From the sequence record NC_055895.1: a stretch of 40,000 nucleotides of DNA; one strand, given 5' to 3'. The notes beneath the pieces were generated by a model. The model ran no database searches, was not told where the DNA came from, and saw only the letters and a list, made by a program, of their open reading frames with translations. Shown piece after piece: positions 35,281 through 40,000 of this stretch (its first letter is position 1; each line of letters starts with the position of its first letter). The stretch is from an uncultured phage cr7_1. A program made the translations under genes and the position numbers.

Positions 35281-38200
35281 TATTAAATTTATCTAAAGCC
35301 CAATTGTATAATGGGTCATCTGAAGATTTATTTTGAATGATTTGATTTTCGTAATAGCTTCTTTTACTCTTTGAGTCAAGGATTTGTTCATAAGCATGAT
35401 GAAATGGTGTTGCTTTAAACATATCTCTTGAAGCTTTATTCCATTCAGTATCTGTAAATGGAATATTGTAATCAGAGTAAATACCTCGCTATATACTTGG
35501 ATCATAATCGTTAAGGGAGCCACCTAGGAAAGTATCCAATAGCGATCCTCGAGGCATAATGGAATATAATGCGTATTCCGGAACGGATTTGGCAACGCTC
35601 TAAATAGCGTCTAAAGTACCAGTTTGGGCTGATACTGTCTTAAAGTTATTTAATGCATCGTCGAAACGATAAGGAGTAAATACCTCCCATTTTGTACGTA
35701 CTGCAATATATGCAAGTAGCTACATTAATTTATTATCATCATCAGAATCTGCATATGCACATATTAAGGCAACAGCAGGGCAAACAACTAATTTATATAA
35801 AGCAATTTCAATTGCAAGACGTTTTAATTGCTGACGTCTAAATCTACATAATCTAGCCTGGCTTTCGGACGAATTATCGTACAAATATCTCTGTAATGAC
35901 CTAGAATTTTTCGCTCTAGAGCCCAATAATGCACCAATTGCAGAACCTATAGCAACGCCAGCCATAGGACCTACAATAGGCAAGAATGAGCCTAATGCGG
36001 CACCTGCTGCAAGACCAGTTAAGATTGATTTCTTTCTGTTCACCTAGAAGTTCTAGAGGTTTATTTCATCAGAATATCCTTTAGACAACACATTAAGTAA
36101 TTGTAATCCAGACCTAAATGAACCTCCTTTAAACTGCTGAGTAGAATTATCCCATACGGTATCTCCGAATCTCTCTTGAAGCATAAGAGGGAAATATTGT
36201 CTATGAACCAAAACTGCGGCACCTAATGCGTTTGTTGTGATAGCAGCCTTTTGTGATTCGGTAGCCATACCATCTGCATTTTCTGCATATCTCTCAATTC
36301 TAGAATGGAGTACGTCTTCTATCTATTTATACTATTTGTAATACTGTTTATCTACAGTAAGCTTACCATTCTCTTCTTTCATAATAGATAGTAAGCTCTT
36401 TCCTTTCTTCCACTCTTTAATCCGCTTTTTAGCCTCTTCTGGATTAAGGATATTATTCATTATAACGTCATCCTTGGTTGTAAACTCTCCATTGTAATAT
36501 CTGTAAGACATTATAGTAGAAATAGCTATAGGTGCCTTAGCACAGAAGTCAAACATAGTAAGTCCACCGAATGCCCAGTTATGAGTTATGGCGTTTATAA
36601 AATTGTTTCTGTTTGAATCCTTCATCTTTCTCTCAAGCTAACTAGCTACATTAAAATGCTCCATTATAAGCATTAAGAGGTCTTTAGAGTTATGGTCTTC
36701 TATATATTTTGCGCCCATACCATTTTTAACTAAATGATGTAAAACAAATCTAGTGGCAGCGCAAGCGTCAGAAAAACTATATTTCTATCCAACTATAGAA
36801 TTTACAATATGCGCCCATGTAGCGGTAGCAAAGCCAGTTCCAGCCACAGCTATATTACAGCCAAGGTTTACAAGTGTTGTAGCAGCTCGGAATAACTAAG
36901 CTACCTTACCCATATTAACCTCTCTACCGAATATATTGACCTACATTCTTGACGAGCGTATATTATATAGATTCATATCCAAGAATTTTCTAGCAGCCTT
37001 ATATGTATTAGAAGACTTTCCGGTAACATTTCTAGTGGTTCTCTTAAGATTGCCTATACTACCAGTAATTGATACCTTTTCATGATTTCTATTCTCAATC
37101 ATATCTACCATAGATTCACATGTGGCTTCTATCTACTTCTTATTCTTATACTTCTAAGACTAGTTGTAGTACTCTCCAAGTATACCTATTAAATCTGATG
37201 ATAGCTATGATGCGTCCTTAAGTCTTCTAGTGTAGTACTATGGTATCATATTAAGCTGTCTACCATCTGGACGTTCTCCGCTTATTTCACTACCGAATGT
37301 AGGATCTTTTGAGTTAATAATATCTCCAAACTAATCCTGGTCAGACAATGCCTAGTCAATAAACTATCCGTATGTACCATCTTGTTCCCATCCTTTCTCT
37401 CCAATACCAACGGTATCTTTAAAATATTCTCTAAGAGCGCCTCCAGAAGAAGATGGATCTACATTACCAGTTTTAATAAAGTCCCAAGCCATTCTCCATT
37501 TACCACTATGTTTTTTAAGATATTTAAAGAACGAACCTGTTATCTATGGAAGAAGATAATTGTCTACATAATTTCTGTTTACCTATAACTCGTTAGACTC
37601 TTTAATTGTTTGATACGTCTTATCATAAAGAGCTTTAAGAGTCTTAGATTTTATAATCTTGTTATACTGCTCAGAATTGTCGTATAATTCCCTTTTTGGC
37701 ACAAATGCCTATCCATAACTATCGTCGAAATCTTTATCAAGTAAATCGTTATTCTCATCAGAGTTAAGATAACCATCTCCTGGTAGAACCTCCATAAATC
37801 TGTCGTAGTAAGCCTATTTTGCTACAACTTTTCTAAACCAAGGTTTAGCCTACCATGATATTTCTCCATCTATATCCTCTACAAGTCTACCAGTATTTCT
37901 CTAAAATGTATCAAGATAACCTGGCTCGTCCTTGTCTCTAAGAGCTGCCAATCTGTGCATTTCTTTATATACATCAGTCAATGAAGATTTAGCATATTTT
38001 CTAAAAATTTTTGCACGATTTTTAGAAAGCTTTTTTAAATCTTTATCCTCTCTTACAGCTTGCTTTCTAATCTTAGCTAACTCTTTGTCTATTTCTTGTA
38101 TTTTATTCTGTATGGACTTCTATAATTTAGAAGGGTTTATATCACCGGTATTGTAATCTCTGTATGTAGACAGTATATTGTACTTCTGTTGCTATAATTC

Positions 38201-40000
38201 TTCATATCTAGCTCCATGGTCGCTAACTCCGTCTACAATTATTGCGTATACAGGTTTCTCTGCTTCATTATCGATAGTTTCCCAAAGTAATGCTTTACCA
38301 GTCTCTTCGTTTACCTTGAGTCTAGTCTTACTGTTTCTTGAGTCCCATTTTCTAAGCTTATTGAAATCGAAGTTACCATCTTCACCTTTAGCCATTTCTT
38401 CAAGACCACCACACTCTTGAATAATTTTGTTTCTATCAGCCTGCCATCTCTTTGTATCTTTCTTAACTTTATCGGAAGAATTAAAGAGAGTTTCGTTCAG
38501 TTTCTAAAGCTCTTTTGCTATACGGTATTCTGGAGTTCCTTCTATCTTAAGCTCTCCGTTTATGTCATAATCAGAAGCTAACTATTTCTTTTGTATATAC
38601 AGGCCTCTAAGTGTATTCCATTCAGAATCTGTAAGTCTATCAAAATGATAGTTTCCAAACTCGTCTTTACAGCTCTACTTTATGGCTTTAATCTATATCT
38701 GGATAGAATCACGTGCTCTCATAGTATCTGCAGAAAGATTTGCAAATGCTTCGTAGTATTCTTTCTTATATTTCCTATGACAGTTTTTGCTTAACCAATC
38801 ATTTACTTCTTTACTCCATTTTACACCATCATCACCTTTTGGCTATTCCTTATTAGATGGGTCTAATCCGTATTTGAGATTAAGCTTTTCCATGAACTCC
38901 TATCTTTTTCTGAAAAATTTACCATAATTAAGGTCTCTTACCAAATAACCTGTAGTAAATCCGTTATCATCAACCTCATAAAGATCAAGAACACTTTCGC
39001 CAAACTTAAGCTATTCTTTAAGCTGCATAAGTTCTACGACTCTGTCATGGGTATCTCTATCAGCTTTATGAGTAGCCTTATCTATAAGATAAGCCATTGC
39101 TCTTAAAGATTCATCTTTAGCAGAATCCATAGAACCTACAGTAGTATAAAACCAGTTTGTATCGTATCCTATAGTCTTAAGGTGGTTGATATAATCTGCT
39201 ATTGTAGGAGAATGAACATCGTTACCTATCTATGCAAACCTCTTCTTCATGTTATTAATGAGGATCTCAGACATAAGAGATGTAGCGTCTGCTGCTACAG
39301 CTTCAGAACTTTGTACAATCTAGATTATTCTTTGTATATCGTTAAGTGTAGCCCTATCCTATTGCGGTTTATCCTCAAGTTCTTTTATGAGTAAATCTAT
39401 TACAGTAGGAGAATTAAGAGCGCTGTTAATCTCTGATAAAATCTTCTAATATGTACCAAAGTTATCATGTGCTAAGAACATATACTCAGCATCGCTTATA
39501 GTCATATTATCTTGTCTTATCTTGTGTATCTTTTTGGAATCAATAAGAATCTATGGTGCGATCTATTGAACAAGACTAGCTATTGAATAAAATGTGCCTC
39601 CAAGTCTATCTTTAAAAGACTGAACTTGAGATCTAAGTATCTCTATGTTCTCACTCTTATATTCTTCTTGAAGCTAAGATACTTTAATAGCAGCCTATCT
39701 TTTTGATAAGGCAGTAGCTATGTTATTACACATTTCTTCTATTCTCTTCTATGCTATTTCTTCTGAATCTCGTGTATTAAGACCGAGATCGTTATCATTA
39801 ATTCTATCAACTCGCATAGAATTATTAACTTCTGCATAATTAGTAGCTCTAATAAGATCTTCTCTAGTCTACTATATCTAGTCGTTTGATAGTACAGAAT
39901 TATCTAAAGATTTATATACTTCCTGGATTATTTTAGACGCCTACAAGCCTTCAAATTTAAGAATAGGTCTATTGAGTAGATAAGACGCAACAGTATTCTA
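35276..40000 (-). CDS. giant recoded late protein (>1570 aa in window), probable virion/cargo-type protein of crAss-like phages
   Basis: ORF-track pieces 35720-36043, 36053-36268, 36332-36625 and 38192-38395 share one frame. Manual translation of 39301-40000 and 35276-35722 in that frame has no TAA/TGA and shows frequent TAG. Ends ...SSDDPLYNWALDKFNK-TAA at 35276. 36.6-39.3 kb was not translated codon by codon. Confidence 0.82.

Noticed and set aside
37382-38794. Plus-strand ORFs 37382-37588, 37932-38156, 38178-38420 and 38591-38794
   Set aside because: They are antisense to the giant recoded minus-strand gene and appear only because TAG breaks the real frame.
1-40000. CRISPR array, transposase or integrase
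   Set aside because: No regularly spaced repeat-spacer array and no transposase or integrase-like protein was recognised among the translations.

Overview
The window is a fragment of a crAss-like (Crassvirales-type) bacteriophage genome. The minus strand carries late or structural genes at both ends (about 1-5454 and 35276-40000). The plus strand carries replication and other genes (about 5736-35229): PolB, DnaB-like helicase, DnaG-like primase, SSB, AAA ATPases, a PD-(D/E)XK nuclease and an ECF sigma factor. Main observations: (1) The late minus-strand genes, and a short plus-strand block at 6.1-7.5 kb, are open only if TAG is read as an amino acid, probably Gln. The supplied ORF track fragments them. 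A tRNA with a CTA anticodon (3214-3284, minus strand) sits in the window. Replication-block genes have no in-frame TAG and several use TAG as a stop. (2) The left edge holds a diversity-generating retroelement (DGR): a 104-nt template repeat (300-403) and variable repeat (465-568) differ at 29 positions, all template adenines on the coding strand. The VR is the 3' end of a 705-aa TAG-recoded receptor/fibre-like protein, and the 5' end of a reverse transcriptase lies beside the TR. (3) Several long ORF-poor intergenic tracts (3.29-3.6, 8.5-9.35, 14.3-15.09, 19.11-21.27 and 30.5-31.1 kb) are full of perfect inverted repeats. They include hairpin families with conserved loops and completely different but complementary stems (TGGTCTGTGAAGATAG; CAGCRMGT; AAGTATCTTNGTATCAC), a hammerhead-ribozyme-like core, and tRNA-like or D-armless T-loop elements. 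These look like undescribed structured phage RNAs and are the best candidates for novelty. All calls were made by eye; no homology search or folding software was run.
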